DNA of 64,000 nt from Microthyrium microscopicum (lineage: Eukaryota), in assembly GCA_010405405.1 (NCBI GenBank), contig MU004237.1, positions 162,191 to 226,190 of the forward strand. The letters run 5' to 3'. Below are positions 1 to 14,923 of this stretch, piece after piece. The notes below the pieces were generated by a model, which was not told the origin of the DNA, made no database searches, and worked only from the letters and a program-made list of their open reading frames with translations. The first letter of the stretch is position 1, and each line of letters opens with the position of its first letter. The position numbers and the translations under genes are program-made.

Positions 1-827
1 AAATCAATGTTGAAACTCCTATCACCCACAGCGCGAATGTATCAGGTGTACGGTATGTCGGAAACAGGATGGATCACTTCTCTTTTTTATCCACAAGTAG
101 ACGAGTCAGGAAGTGTTGGGCGGCTTCTCCCGAATGTAGAGTGCAAGTACGTTTGATCGAATCTCGAACATACACAGTACATTAGGCGATGGACTAACGC
201 ATGCGTAGAATTGTAGATGAGAACGGTGCAAAAGTTCTGGAAGGCTGCCACGGCGAGCTTCTCGTCCATGGCCCAGCACTAATGACTGGATACTTAGGTA
301 ATCCTGAGGCAACTAAGCAAGCCTTTGTTGGCAGTTGGTTGAAAACTGGGGACGTTGGCTATATGCAGCAGGGAATGATCTATATTGTTGATCGTGTCAA
401 GGTAAGATTCCTATGCGCACCGGACCTCGGGCATCGTTTGGACTCAACGGTTCCAATACTAACGCAGTTGATTGCATAGGACATGATAAAGGTGCGAGGC
501 TGGCAGGTTGCTCCTTCAGAGCTAGAGGCCCATCTTCGCACTCATCCCGCTGTTGCTGATGTTGGTGTCGTTGGAATCAGCCTTCCAGACAGTCTCGGCG
601 AACTACCTGCAGCTTATGTTGTGCTCAAAGAACCGCAAATTGACCGTCCAGTGACTGCGGATGAATTGATCGAGTATTTGGGAAACCGTTTATCCAAAAT
701 CAAAGCTTTATCTGGTGGGATCCGATTCGTAGACTCAATCCCTCGCAATGTTAGTGGGAAGATCTTGCGCAAGGAGTTGAGACAGCGAGCACAACAAGAC
801 TTCAATATTAGCAAAACTGTCGATTAA
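1..827 (+). CDS. AMP-dependent acyl-CoA ligase (4-coumarate-CoA ligase/firefly luciferase-like ANL family), 3' part; the 5' end lies outside the window
   Basis: Motifs QVYGMSET, GELLVHGP, WLKTGD, DRVK/DMIKVRGWQVAPSELE, HPAV.DVGV and PRNVSGKILRK. Introns at about 147-209 and 402-479 (GT...CTAAC...AG). Stop at 825-827. Confidence 0.9.
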
Positions 828-1263
828 TATCGTCACATTGTGTCGCTATGTGTATGCCAGGGGATATCAATTGACTTGGAATCAAGGTTAAAGCGAAGGC
901 GCGTTTCCTTTGTTGTGCATTAAGATGAAATTCCAAAGACAATAGAAAAGCAACTTATGGTCGTCAGTGGCATTGTTTATCTTTACAGACAGTGATATAA
1001 AGGCAGGTCATACACAAGATAAGGCAGTGAGAATGAGACGCGAGTTCAATGTTGAGTTAAAAAAGATGGCATCGACGCGTCGTTGATTTTCTGTTACAGA
1101 CAATGACTAATACAACATCGATACATTTCGGCTAGCTAGCTGTACACTAGTCCACAACAGGCATTAGATTACCCGTAAATAAATCATAGCTTTGCGTCTT
1201 CCAGAAAGTAGAATAGCTTCGAAACCACCGACAGATTTCATCAACTACATCCCCATCGTCGCA

Positions 1264-1796
1264 ATGACAATCCTCTCATCCACCTTCAATCTCCTCGGAG
1301 TTATCCTTCTAACACATGCGTCAGTAAACCCAAACCGGAACCCATCCAGAAGCTAATCATCCCCAAGCGCCTACTCAGCCTACGAGCATTCCCTCCTGAG
1401 CTCTTCCACCAGCGCGGCCAACAATGCAAAGCCATCCACCAAGGCATCCCCATCTTCTACCTCTCTGCCGCCGGATATCGTAGTTGAAGCGCTCTTAAGC
1501 ACGGCCATCTTACTCATTGGCATCGTGATAGGGGCACCAAAGCTCCGACCGATCGAGTGGGCAGCATGGGCTGGTGAGGCCGAGCAAGACACACGACGAC
1601 CTAGAGGCAAGAAACGATTTGAGGGTGATGGAGGGGCCGAGGGCACGAGTATGGCTTGGCTGGAGGACAGAAAAGGGTTTTGGGACGTGAGAGTAAGACA
1701 AACCCGTAACCATCAGAGCCGAGTATAGATCTAACTGCGTTATAGGGAAAGAAAAAGGCTTTCGCAGATTGGGTGCGCGAAAATGGAAGTAAATAG
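1264..1796 (+). CDS. EMC5: ER membrane complex subunit EMC5 / membrane magnesium transporter (MMgT) family, 3 exons
   Basis: Spliced translation MTILSSTFNLLGVILLTHA-AYSAYEH...LPPDIVVEALLSTAILLIGIVIG..LRPIEW...RKGFWDVR-GKKKAFADW. It has two TM segments plus the HA.YSA.EH and LP.DI..E family signatures. Confidence 0.8.
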
Positions 1797-2072
1797 TAGG
1801 TCAGTCCGAGTCATCGCCCATCATGTCAAACCTCCGCTGATAATGATCCTAGATGCATTTGGTAAACCTGTATAAATAATACCCCCATTTGACGCCTCGC
1901 CAAAGAAGAAATCAGGCCAAAGTGTAATGTAGAGGCCAACAAGCAGTTGCTCCAATAACCCAATGCAATTTAGTATCCCTTGTTTCCATCGCAGAACTCC
2001 AATCCCAAACGCCTTCGTTGCCTTCCTCCACAACATCCATATGTTATTGGCTCGCGATCCGATGTCCTTCAC

Positions 2073-2951
2073 TCACGACATGAGTATCGCCTGCTTCGGT
2101 TCCGGACACGCAGCCCACGTATCATTTCCCAACCCATCAATCTCCCTATCCGCACCAACGCCCTCACCCGCCTCCAGCGTCACTCCGCCCACCCACCACA
2201 CCGCCGCCGTCACAATCTGCATGACCACCGCAACTTCCTCCTCCGTACGCGGCGCATACACCATCACGAAGCCGCCCGGCACAAACCTACTCAGCCAGCC
2301 TCCGCTGCCAAGCGGATGCCGCTCGCCCCAGCCAGCGCGCAGTACAATCGCAGCATCAGCAGGGTGTAGCGTGAGATGCAAGGAGCCGTCAGACGGATGC
2401 GCGTGGCATACTTCGCCATTACAATGAGGCGTCAAATTACGTGCTGTGCGCGCAAATAGACCAGGTCCATGTTTTTCGAAGCAGCTTGTCTTGCTGATTA
2501 GGACTTTTGGATGTGCGTTTGCTAGTGCGGCGATGTTTGTTCTGAGGATGTTGAAGATTCCGCTGGGTGCGTACTGGTCTGTCTGTCTATGTGGGGCGAT
2601 GCCACGCACATTTGGTCGCTCACCAGCTCGACGGGGTAGCTTGATCAAGACACCGGAGCGTTGCTTGAAGTGGGAGGGTACTGGGGCGGGCGTGAAAGGA
2701 TCGCGGAGAGCGAAGATGGAGAGGAACTTGATGCGCAGATATCCGTAGGGACTGGAAGGCGTGCCGCCGGGACCGAGAGATATGAAGGCATGGTAGTCGT
2801 GGAGAATGGCGCGGGTGGTGTTGGTGAGAAGGACGATGATTGTTAGTGGAAGGCTGAGGGTGCTGAACAGAAAGAGGGCGATGCTGAGCTTGGGTGGGAG
2901 GAGCTCCCTGGAATTTTGTCAGTACGAGGTTACGATGTGAAGCTAATACAT
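2073..2951 (-). CDS. Fungal luciferase (Luz)/DUF5519-family protein with an N-terminal TM helix
   Basis: The reading frame is open from 2907 to 2073: ...DYHAFISLGPGGTPSSPYGY...LPRRAGERP...HRQTDQ...TSCFEKH...EVCHAHPSDGSLHLTLHPAD...GWGERHPL...VYAPRTEEEVAVV. These blocks match Luz-family motifs as recalled. The start codon is probably split by an intron (2949-2908). Confidence 0.8.
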
Positions 2952-4808
2952 GCTGGAATAGGTCAATGAGGTTCTCCGCGCAAAAACCTTGACGGCGATA
3001 TAACCGTCAGTGCGGCAGTCATTCCTGGCTATATTGATATGACACAACAACTCGGAGCGTCATAATTCATCAGAGAGATGATGGGATGAAATCAAACGAC
3101 CGGATTCGCCAAGACTGGAATTTCCTGATGTCGTCAAGAATTGAACATGGGATTCTTACCATGGGTGGTCAGCGATGTGAAGCTGAAGCTGTAGCATGTT
3201 GATAGCTTAGAGGATGCTCTCCAATGAGAGAAACGGCTCGTGTAGTAGGATACGGAGGTTGAGGAGACAGGATCGTGTAGACGACAGGGACAGGTGCCAA
3301 AGCCAATTTCAAACTGGTGTATCTTCAGAGTAGAGACCAACCTTGAGGTAACTTGCTCCGTTTAACTTTCTTCCTGGTAATGCTTTGTTGACTTTACGGA
3401 AGGAACAGTGAAGCTCTAGTACTGTGTACCGGTCAGTATGTTCAATGTTGATCAATTGACGTAGTGTGTCTAGTACTAAACTAATATTCACTTACTCAAT
3501 TGGGAAAGTAATCGGAGATTTGCTCTACCTATGTCACCGTATGAGGATGATGTAAAGAATACGTAGCCACTGGTAGGGGCACGAGAAAGAGACTCAAAGA
3601 GGACACGACGTCAGACCACAAGCAGTACGGAGTACAGTACGAAGAGTTGAGGAGATATAGAATACTACTTGGATCAACACATACTTACCCTCTAAAAGAA
3701 TGCTGGGGTAGGTCTCACTTTATACGGAATCATAAATACCAGTCTTCACGTCAATATTATCAGCCTCTCGCTCACCCCGCCTCTATCTTGATCTGGAATC
3801 CTTCACCCATTCAACGCTGTTCAATCTTCATCCGCACACTCCAATTGCGCCAATGCCAATGACTCTAATGCCATCGCGCCTATGCTGCCGTGCACATGCA
3901 CAAAAACATCACGTGTGAAGCGCCTGATGGCTCTGTTTCTCACTGCATCTGCAGCTCTTTGTTCACCTATTCTCTCCTACGTCAAATCGGATCTTGCCCA
4001 CTCAGAGCTCTCGGAGTGTCTCCGCATACCAAGCACCAGAGTATCCAATCACCAAGAATCCAATTACTCTTCAAAGCACTAGTTAATCAGCTGCCCACAA
4101 TGACTGCCGACTGCTGATCTGGTGTCTTTTGCACTGATAGTATGCTCAGTAGTCTTTGCTCTGTTACTTTACTGTGTGACAAGGCTAGGTCAGCCGTATA
4201 GACCGTATAAGGGAGACTCTTGTGGAGTTACTTGTTATGGTGATTGGCTAATGGCATGCAGTTGCAGAAACGGGGTCCTTCAATTTTTTTTCTTCACGTC
4301 CACCTGCTGTGTCTATCGTGCATTGAACCATGTGTGGTGGCGTGGCAAAATTGACGGCACGAGAAAGACGTGGCCGGTTTCTCTAACTTGGCACTTCATG
4401 GAATATAAGTCCACTCTTCCAGAAAAGAATGCTAAGAAGATCGTATCTTAGTACTCTATTTGAATCGAGCTGCGAATGGCAGCGAAGCAACTTCATCGCC
4501 GCCATCGCGAGAGACTGGAGAATATAGGAGCGCGAGATGAGTCAACTTCAGTCTCAACGCCTCTTATCAGCATCGTGACTTGTTTCACACGGCCCAGAGT
4601 AGGCCAACAGATAACTGCAGCTGCAAAGCACAATTTGTCTCACTCCCGCCCGTGGGACACTAGATTCAAAACCTACTGCCTGAACCGCAGTCGTGTCTAA
4701 CCTCATGTTCATGAATTCAATGCTATCTAAATAAAATCAAGGGTATATGCGCGCGTAACGGGTCTTTGCTAGCCGTCCGAAAAACAAAGAGCATCCATAA
4801 CAAGAGAA

Positions 4809-7800
4809 TTACTTCCAGGATCCAGCCTGGTCTTCTAATAAGCCCAATAGTGCCTTGAATTTCAATGGTTTCGTAAGATAATGATCAGCTCCGCTACTGA
4901 TTGCATCCATTCGTGCTGAAGTGCTCGCTAGGCCTGTGACGGCTACGATCATTGCTCGTTTGCGGTCGCTGGTTTGTTCGTAAGTGCGTATTTCGCGGGT
5001 TGCGGTGTTGCCATCCATAATGGGCATTGAGGTATCTATTTGAGTTAGCATGGTAGGTCAAATGTCGAGTGGAGGTGATAGATGGGAAAACAAGTTGGCT
5101 GTTCCCAACAGCCGTAATGAGAGCAAGCCAATTATTTTGGCCTTCCGTTGGATGAAGCTTACCCATGAGGACAACATCGAATGGCCGAGGGGAGTCTTTG
5201 AACTTGTTGAGTGCGTCTTGGCCGTCAAAGGCCTCCATATGGGGATAGCCTTTGTTGTTCATAAGAGCGATAAGGAGCTGCGTATTTTGTTAGTGATGAT
5301 ACATCTTCATGTTGTGCGGACTTACTCGTCGATTGATTTGGTTATCATCTACGACTAGGACATATGGGCCGTTGGTATTCTCTTTCGTCGCGGGCTCTGT
5401 CTTGGTGGGAGGTACAGTTTGTGCCATGCTTTTTCTTTGAGTTGATGATGATCGACTGGCTGATGGCTGATCTGCTTGACGAAGTACAAGAGTGTTTTGT
5501 CTCTCCAGTCCAGGACGATTGAGTTCAGCTGATTGTTGTCGGTCGAGACAGCTCCCCAGAGTCCTTGCGAGTTTGAAAGGTCCACATCTGTTTGTTATGT
5601 TTAGTGTATGTTGCAAGACAGCTGATATGATGACTTACGGTTGAGCTATGATCTCCACGATGCTAGACTGATCCAACACTCGTACATCATTTCGCAGCGC
5701 CGAAGCTTCAATGGCGTCCAGCGCCAGAAAAACGACTACAGGTGTTTTCCGCTCCGGGATACTCCTCGAACGCACGATAGATAGAGTGTCAAAGCTTGGT
5801 TCAACGCAAATCACAAAGTCTGTCGTTACGTCGTTCAAATTTGCCGCAAGAAAAGCATCAATGGAAAGCCATTCTTTCAACTGCTTCACCAGCAATTGGC
5901 CCAGTCCGGCCACCGCTGACTGGCTGCCGGCGGAATGAACAACCTCTTTGGGCTCCAGTATACACACTCGCTGTCCACGCATGCGCTCCGTGGCCTCAGC
6001 TATAGATTGGCGTTCTGCAGTATCGATTACGGGCTTTCGATTTGATGCGAAGAGTGGCAGCTCTACGCGAGTGTCTGTTCCAAAACTTCGTTTGCTCCGA
6101 ACACTAATCGTTCCTCCTATGGACTCGACGAGCTGCTGCACGATGCTCATCCCTAGACCGGTGCCGGCGTAGAACGAGTTTTCTTGGGAAAAAGGCTTGA
6201 ACATTCCATTGGCGAGAAATTCGTCTGACATGCCAATGCCGGAGTCTGATATTGTTAAAATTAGTCTTTTTTCCTGATATACCGTTTCGGTGCTTGTTGC
6301 CGTGTCCGTACTATCCTCATCATCCTTTGAAGGTAGGGATACATCTTGCAATTCCAGAGATAGGCGGATGTATCCAGAATGTGTGAACTTGACAGAGTTA
6401 CCAAATATATTCATGATGATTCGGCGCCAAGCGCCAGGGGCCATCACAAAATCCGTGTTGGTAAGATGCGGCATGTCGAGAAGAATCCAGACGTTTCTTC
6501 GCTCAGCGTCTTGTTGTGATCCCGTTACAGGACCTCCAGATGGTGGGTAAGATTTTAATAGAAAAGCCATGGGCCGTGAATCTTCCATTTGTGTGGACAT
6601 GGTTCTATAAGATGCTCCAGCGAATACGGCTTCGATAACTTCTTCCATACAAAGGGTAATGTCCACGGTTTCTAATGGCTGTAGATCTCCACTAGGAAGC
6701 TTTTTCCGGCGAAGTTTTACGTGACCCTTCCTACTAGGCTTGAGAGGGTACTTTTTGCGATTACCAAACTTGGAGTTCCTTATATCGTTAATTTTGGAGT
6801 AATCCAGCACGTGTTCAACAGTGTCAAGTAGCGTTCGCCCAGACATTTCTATGGAAGAGAGCATGCCTTGCTGAAACGCGCTGAGAGGTGTTTCTTGTAA
6901 AAAGTGAACTACAATTTGTAAGCATTATACAATTATGGCGAAATGCAATGTGATTGGGAGAACTTAGACTTACCGCCGCCCAAGATTCCATGGAGAGGTG
7001 ACCGAAGCTCGTGTGAGATACTTTGAACAAATGTTGCCTTGGAATTACTTGTCGCAATAGCATCTAATCGCGAAACTTCAGTCATTATGGTGTTGCCGAA
7101 TGCCCTCAGGTACATCATGTCAAAATCAGGGAAAAGAGCGCGTTGTGAATCCGTTGTCCATCCAAGACACATGGCAAACCACCTTCCTCGCTCATAATTC
7201 CAAAGTGGAAGAAGAAATACACTTCGTGACCCCGGAGCAAATGATTGAATGGCTTCGCCTATAGTTTTCTTTCTTCGCCTCCTTGGGGTAGCAGGTGGAG
7301 CTGGGTCGGTTAATGCGGCTACAAGAGTAGAGTCGGAATCTTCGGTGGAAGACAAGTTTCCAGCCCCGTCGAAATTGAATATGCCACCCTTAGGATAGAG
7401 CTCAAGCATCTTTTTGAGGTCTGCCTCTGTCAAAGACCCATCGTTCGGCCTATATATGGGCTCATTCTCAGCTGATGCAGTTCTACCCGCAAAGCTGAGT
7501 AAATCACAGAGTTTGCGAAGGTGACTTCTAGGACTGTTAAACCAGTCTTTGGGATTTTGCTCGGATTTTTGATGTGATGGATGGTTACTGCGAAGTTTTG
7601 GGGTTTCGTTTCCGCTGCCCGAATCAGAGTCGCCCAAGTGTGATGATGCTGAGCTATTCTTGTCTAGAGTCTCTGCCTTCCCAGAGGTAGTGCTACGAAT
7701 TCTGCCCGCTACAGCAGAGGCGTCGAAGATCGCAATTCCATCTAGATCACACGAGTCTCGTATAATGCTCGCCGCTCGTGAGAACATGGACTTTGCGCCT

Positions 7801-8905
7801 GGTGATAACAGCTGTTCCTGAAAAGTCGGATGCTTGCTAGTCTTTTCTTCTGCAACGCTAGCTTCCAAATTCGGTTTCTGAGAGACAGTTGCTGCACTGT
7901 TAGGCGTAGGTTGAGGTAATGACTGCTCAGATAATTTCTTGGTGGGAGGGCCTGAGATGCTTGAACCAACAGGCTCTGTAGCTTTAATTTCATCAACAAA
8001 CGAGGTCAGTCCAGTCATCATCTTCTCGCCACGTAAAGTTTCCTGCTTATGGGAATTAGATACTAGGTAATTCATGGTAGTATCCGCCAATTCATGAAGC
8101 GTTTGGTATTCCCCGTGGCTAAGACCAGGACGAGGAGTGTTCGAGTAGACACACAGAGCACCGATTTTGGCTCCATCGGGACTGAGTAGAGGTACTCCAG
8201 CGTAGAATCTGTTTCGAGGTCCTTCATGAACAAACCACTCTCTTTTGTATCTCTCATCTGGGACAAGTTAGTAAACGAGTAGAATATTGAATACAACACG
8301 ATATGAAACCCATCGAGGGTTGAAGTGTTGACGGAAGGACTACGAAATTGGGGTTGTATTACCTTTGAGAAGATCATGGATAACAACATTGCCGGAGGTT
8401 GTTTCTTGATGTATATTGGGAATGGGGTTGATGTCGGGACTGTCCAACAATAATGTGCAAAGTCCTCTATTGCGTGGAATTATTGCGTTGCCTAGCCACA
8501 GACTTTCAACGCCATCGGGGCTAGGAGTACTTCCCAGGGAAAGTCGTGGAGTCGCTTCTGCCAGAATACATTGGCGATGCCCGTCTATCAGGCTTATCAA
8601 AGCTCGAGAGACTCCAAGTTTGATAGCAGCCAATTGAGCCAACGAGGTAAGAACAGAGTCAGTTGCCGCTTTCGGAATGTGATCTCGAGGTGGAAGTGGA
8701 ACGTCTAAGGAACTTAAGGCTTCGGTAAGGTCCACTCCAAGTAGGTTCGGGTCATTGTATCTAGGCGAAAGTCAGACCGAAGTTGAGAAACAAGTGATAA
8801 GTCAGCCTACTACCTATGAACATTTTGCTGCCGTTTGTTTTCCGAAACAGCTTTTTTGGCAGGTTTGTTGGTCGCAGGGACGGCTTCGGAAGCGCTGGAT
8901 GCCAT
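4809..8905 (-). CDS. Hybrid histidine kinase (N-terminal GAF, HisKA, HATPase_c, receiver), multi-exon
   Basis: GAF-type LTSLAQLAAIKLGVSRALISL; H-box SISHELRSPLHGILG; N-box NIFGNSVKFT; G1 DSGIGMS; F-box FKPFSQ; G2 GTGLGMSIV; receiver VLVVDDNQIN...DVVLM/D.SMPIMDG...YLTKP. ATG at 8905 (MASSASEA). Confidence 0.93.
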
Positions 8906-9997
8906 ACTGAGCACGCGGCCACGCTGGAAGTCAAATCGGCTCAGGCCAAGTACAGAATAAGTTTACGACACGAGAGGAGCTGAAGGGACAAGCATCGCAC
9001 ACACGCAATTAGGCAATGCAACAGGAGAGTGTATCCGAGGGGTTTATCGGATAGGGAACGTGATCCGAGAATGTTCGGGAACTGTAGTTGGTAGAGGGGA
9101 AGGAACGAGGTTTTTCGTGGTGAAGAGTCGCTATGCCATGAATATAAGATATTCCGGGAAGGAGTTGGTTAAGATTGCAAAGCCCTTATACATTGAGTCC
9201 AGTAGTAAGCAGGTAGAGAGACGGAAGCATCTGGACCACGGTGTCGCCGTCTGGAACATTGAATTGTTGATGAGAGACAGAAGTTGGTAGTAATTGCTTG
9301 CCGCTAGAGACTTAGTAAAGCCTATTAGACTATTAGCGGTTTAGTGCTGCCATTGCCGACCACCTGGCACCAACCTCGCCAATTGCCCGAATCCCGAGCT
9401 TAAACTTTGCCAGGATCTCTCGATCTCTCAGTCCATACTCTATCCATTTCTGTCCACAGTCCCATTTCGTTTCAATATTCATGTGTACGATGGATGCTCT
9501 AGCACTCACTACTTCCAGACTTCAGACATTGTATCGAGGCAGAGTGGCAAGAGACTAGAGGCAAGAGACAAGCCGAGATAGATCAAAAGGTAGGCTGTAA
9601 ATACTGTTTCTTTTGTGTGTTTTTATGGTTAGAAATTAGAATTTTGCCAATTGTGAGTCTAGAAGATTACCTAGCGTCGGACCCTGCAGGGTACAATGAC
9701 GATCTCCCGGAGTTTATTCCGATGTCGACCTGACTCGCGCAAGAACACTATCCACGTGTATTTTGACATTTTCATCTCTTTACCAAAAGTAACAATATAC
9801 TAATGGCCATCAGATTTGATGAGATTTCGGCAATGTCAGAGCCTCAAGTACTAAACAAGAACCGCGTCAACCATGATCAATTGACAGAGTACGCCCTTGT
9901 CCTATGATGGCCATGTCAGTATCATTGCTTCGCCGCCCTTTGAGTTTTATAACAGATCATACTATCATTATATATCAATCTAAGAATACAACAAAAC

Positions 9998-12010
9998 CTA
10001 CAACCTACCCTCCTCACCCCCAAGCTTTCGCGTAACGAACCCTCCAAAGTACTGGTTCAAGGCCTCCACCGTCCCATTACCCTCCACCAACCGCACCACA
10101 CACCCAACATACCCATCCGGCCTAACCACAACCACCGCACCATCCTCACCAATACCCATCTTCGTGTGTGCCGCGCCAATCGTCACGCCAGGTACACGCA
10201 GATCCGCCACATCATCCGCATATACATGGTCACGGTACCGTGCCAGCAGCGGCGGCAACGCATCCGTAATCTCAATCTCGCCCCGTTGAGCCCGAAAGAT
10301 AGATGCGAAGGTAAAGAAGCGCGAGTGCGGATTATGCTTCTCATGTGTACTCGTTGAGGTGCCATGCGCATACTTGCTCAATACACTGCCCTTGGCCTCT
10401 AGTCCGCGCGCCAGGTCTTGTAGTGCGCCAACTCGTTTGCCTAGCACACCAGCGAATACGTATACGCGGAAAGATCCGTTGAGCGGAATCTCTTGCTCGA
10501 GATGCACGACATTCGCATCGACTACGCGCCGTACTGTCGCCGGTGTTAATATATAACCGGCGCGCAGTTTTGTGCCATTGTTGTCAGGGTGTAGGATGAG
10601 TGGGTGCGTAGATGTGTGAGCGGGTGTCCAGTTAAGGGCGTTGGCCATGTATTTGACGCCATAGCCAGATGTGAATTCGCATGAAGCTTTGAAGGTTTTT
10701 ACGAAATCGTTTTCGACTGTGCCGGTTGAAGCGTTGGCTTCTTTGGAGGCAGCTTGGACTTCACCGGCGGACGGGAGGCGGGTGGAGAAGAGTTTGGCAT
10801 ATTTTGCGTCAAAGTTGAGAAGTTCTTCGGCGACGTGCTTGCGTTCGGGCTCGTAGGTGGAGAGGATGGAGCGGGATGCGAAGCCAGATTCGACGTGGTG
10901 AATCTTCCAGGCTAGATTGGCAGCGTCGAGGAAGGCAGTGTTCATGCCTTGACCAGCTTTGGGCTAATTGGATGGTCAATTGAAAACTGCTAGCTTGAGG
11001 TCGAGAAGACTTACGCTGTGAGTATGGCATGCATCGCCGCCCAGGAAGACTCGTTCGTCTAATGTGTACTTTTCTGATATACCTTGACCGATGGGATAGA
11101 CTGAGAACCACTCTACACGATCGAACTCGAGTGTGTATGGCTTGAATATCGCCTTCGCCTTCTCTATGACCTGCTCCTCTGTTGCCGTTTGCCTTGGATT
11201 GAAATCCGGATCTGTCGAGGACGCTATTTGGATATATAACCTGACCATATTATCCTCTCTCGGTATAACCATAATCGATCCCGCATCAGAGTGTATCGTG
11301 CACTTCATCTAGTAAAAGCATTAGTATCCGCGTTCCACCCAGCAACGAAACCGACTAACCTTGATATCCGGGAAATTCGTATTAACAACCCCATCCATAA
11401 CCCCCCAAACATGCGCAATCGGATCCTTATGCACAACCTTAATCCCCAAAGTCTCCCGAACCATACTCTTCGCCCCCTCACCACTGAACAAATACTTCGC
11501 TCTCACCACCTCCCTCTCCCCCGTCTCCACATGCTTCACCTCCACCTTCACCGGATACAACTCGTCAACCTCATCGTTCTCAAAGCCCTCAATCGTCCAC
11601 GGCCTTTGTACATTGACCCCATGTTCCGTCATATCTTTCAAGAACACACGCTCAATATGCCCCTGATGCAACAACGTCGTAAACGGATACCGAGCATCGA
11701 TGAACGCGGGACAGGACGCCCATGTCCCCGTCCTCTCTATGCCCTTGCCGCTGGGATCCCAGAAAGCAACTTCGTACACCTTCGCCGGCGCATGGTCCAT
11801 GATAGCCCGCTTAAGACCCATATTCCGCAACAAGTCCAGCGAGCGCGGCTGGATGCCATCCGCGCGACCTGTTGCGGTCGGTGTGCGACGATTATCGATG
11901 TGTTTGATGCGATAGCCCCAGCGAGCGAGGCAAGTGGACAGCATAAGGCCGACGGGCCCTGCGCCGATGATGACAATGTCGTAGCGGGGTATGTTATCTG
12001 CAGCCATCAT
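9998..12010 (-). CDS. FAD-dependent phenol 2-monooxygenase-like hydroxylase, 3 exons
   Basis: GAGPVGL Rossmann motif, [18 protein letters not shown] and [21 protein letters not shown], followed by a C-terminal thioredoxin-like domain with VVRPDGYVG. Confidence 0.92.
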
Positions 12011-13038
12011 GATTGGAATCACACAGGGAGGTAAAGTAAGAGAAGTAAGGAAGATTAGATTTGAAAGAGGAAAGGGTAGACTACTTGAAGGCGATATACA
12101 GTGTGAGATCAACACAGCTTAGTTGGTGACGCCGAGCCATGTCCGATATGAGACGGCTTCAATTGTCGGCTTCGATGTGACTTCACGGCTGGAGAAAGCG
12201 GCAGTCCCGAGCAGTGGGATAGCAGCGGATCAGCGAGAGTCCACGGACTAGAGGCAGTCAGCCAGCAAAGGGCAGAGTTAGCTGGGCCCCCGCACCCAGG
12301 GACGAGTAGAGGTCATCAATTGCAGTTGTGGACGAAGTTAAGTGCAGAACGGCTGGTTTGATCGGTAAATATATTGATTGTGCCTCGTTGCCTTGCGGCC
12401 TTACCAAGTCAATGCTTCAATTTAATTTTCCAACAACATTTGAACCGAAGGCGGAATCTTCAAGTCTTAGAGAATTCGATCAGAATTTCGCAGGAGTTTA
12501 GCAAATTGAAGTTGACGAATGATAGAGTTCTATCAAACCAGATCGCGGGAATTGCATAATTGATGAGTCAAAATTGGTTGTAAGGTACGGTATGTTGTTG
12601 GTTCTCGTGCATTTAGTGGTCATGACGATAGAACAAATCAGCAAATGTAAAATTGCACGAATAACGATTGTGGTCTGTAAAATCTTGATATTCTCCTACA
12701 TCTACCTCTGCTCTCTGATGGCTGTTTAAGCCACCTCATCCATTCATATTGCACAGTCGAAGAATCCACTTGATTCAATCCTTTTGATACCATGAAGCTT
12801 TAGTTGAAAAGCCTTACATCCCAGCGCAGAAGCTAGGCTCTACCCAAAGCCATTTTCCAGGTGAGTTGAAACTCCCAGACCCAAATCAATCAAGTGATGG
12901 GCAACAAAAACGCCAATGCCGAATGCCGTTGAAGGACAAGTCGCCTGATATCACATTTTTTCGATCCCAACAAAAGGTATCATCCCAAAGCCATGTAACA
13001 ATGTTGAAAACGCAGCAAAGAAAACACAGTTGCTCCGC

Positions 13039-14584
<1,546 letters not shown>

Positions 14585-14923
14585 ATTGAAGAATAAGTCA
14601 AGACTGGATTTGGAGAAGAAAGTGTAGGGGATTTAGCCAAAAAGCTTCAAGACTCAATGAGCAAGAAGCAGATAATGGGAATTGGAGATTGGATGTAGGA
14701 TATAGGTTGGGAGAGAAAGTGTGTAGTGGGGAAGAAAAAAAAGGTGGTGAGAAAGAAGCGGCGAGAGCCAGCCCTGCAGACTCCAGAGCTCCTGCCCCTC
14801 CACCAATGTCTGACACTCGTGGGCCTGCATTGTTTCTTCACCGATACCGGATCTGTCACATATTGCGCTGTGTTTTTATACAACAGTTTCTCATCGTTTG
14901 AGAACTTCATGACAGAGTGGCAT

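Noticed and set aside
2073..2951. Claim that the organism is bioluminescent
   Set aside because: Luz homologues occur widely in non-luminous fungi, and no hispidin synthase or CPH is present in the window.
11291..12034. Long antisense ORFs over the hydroxylase (likewise 17197-18036, 48976-49554 and 56448-57176)
   Set aside because: These are shadow ORFs of biased or low-complexity coding sequence on the other strand.
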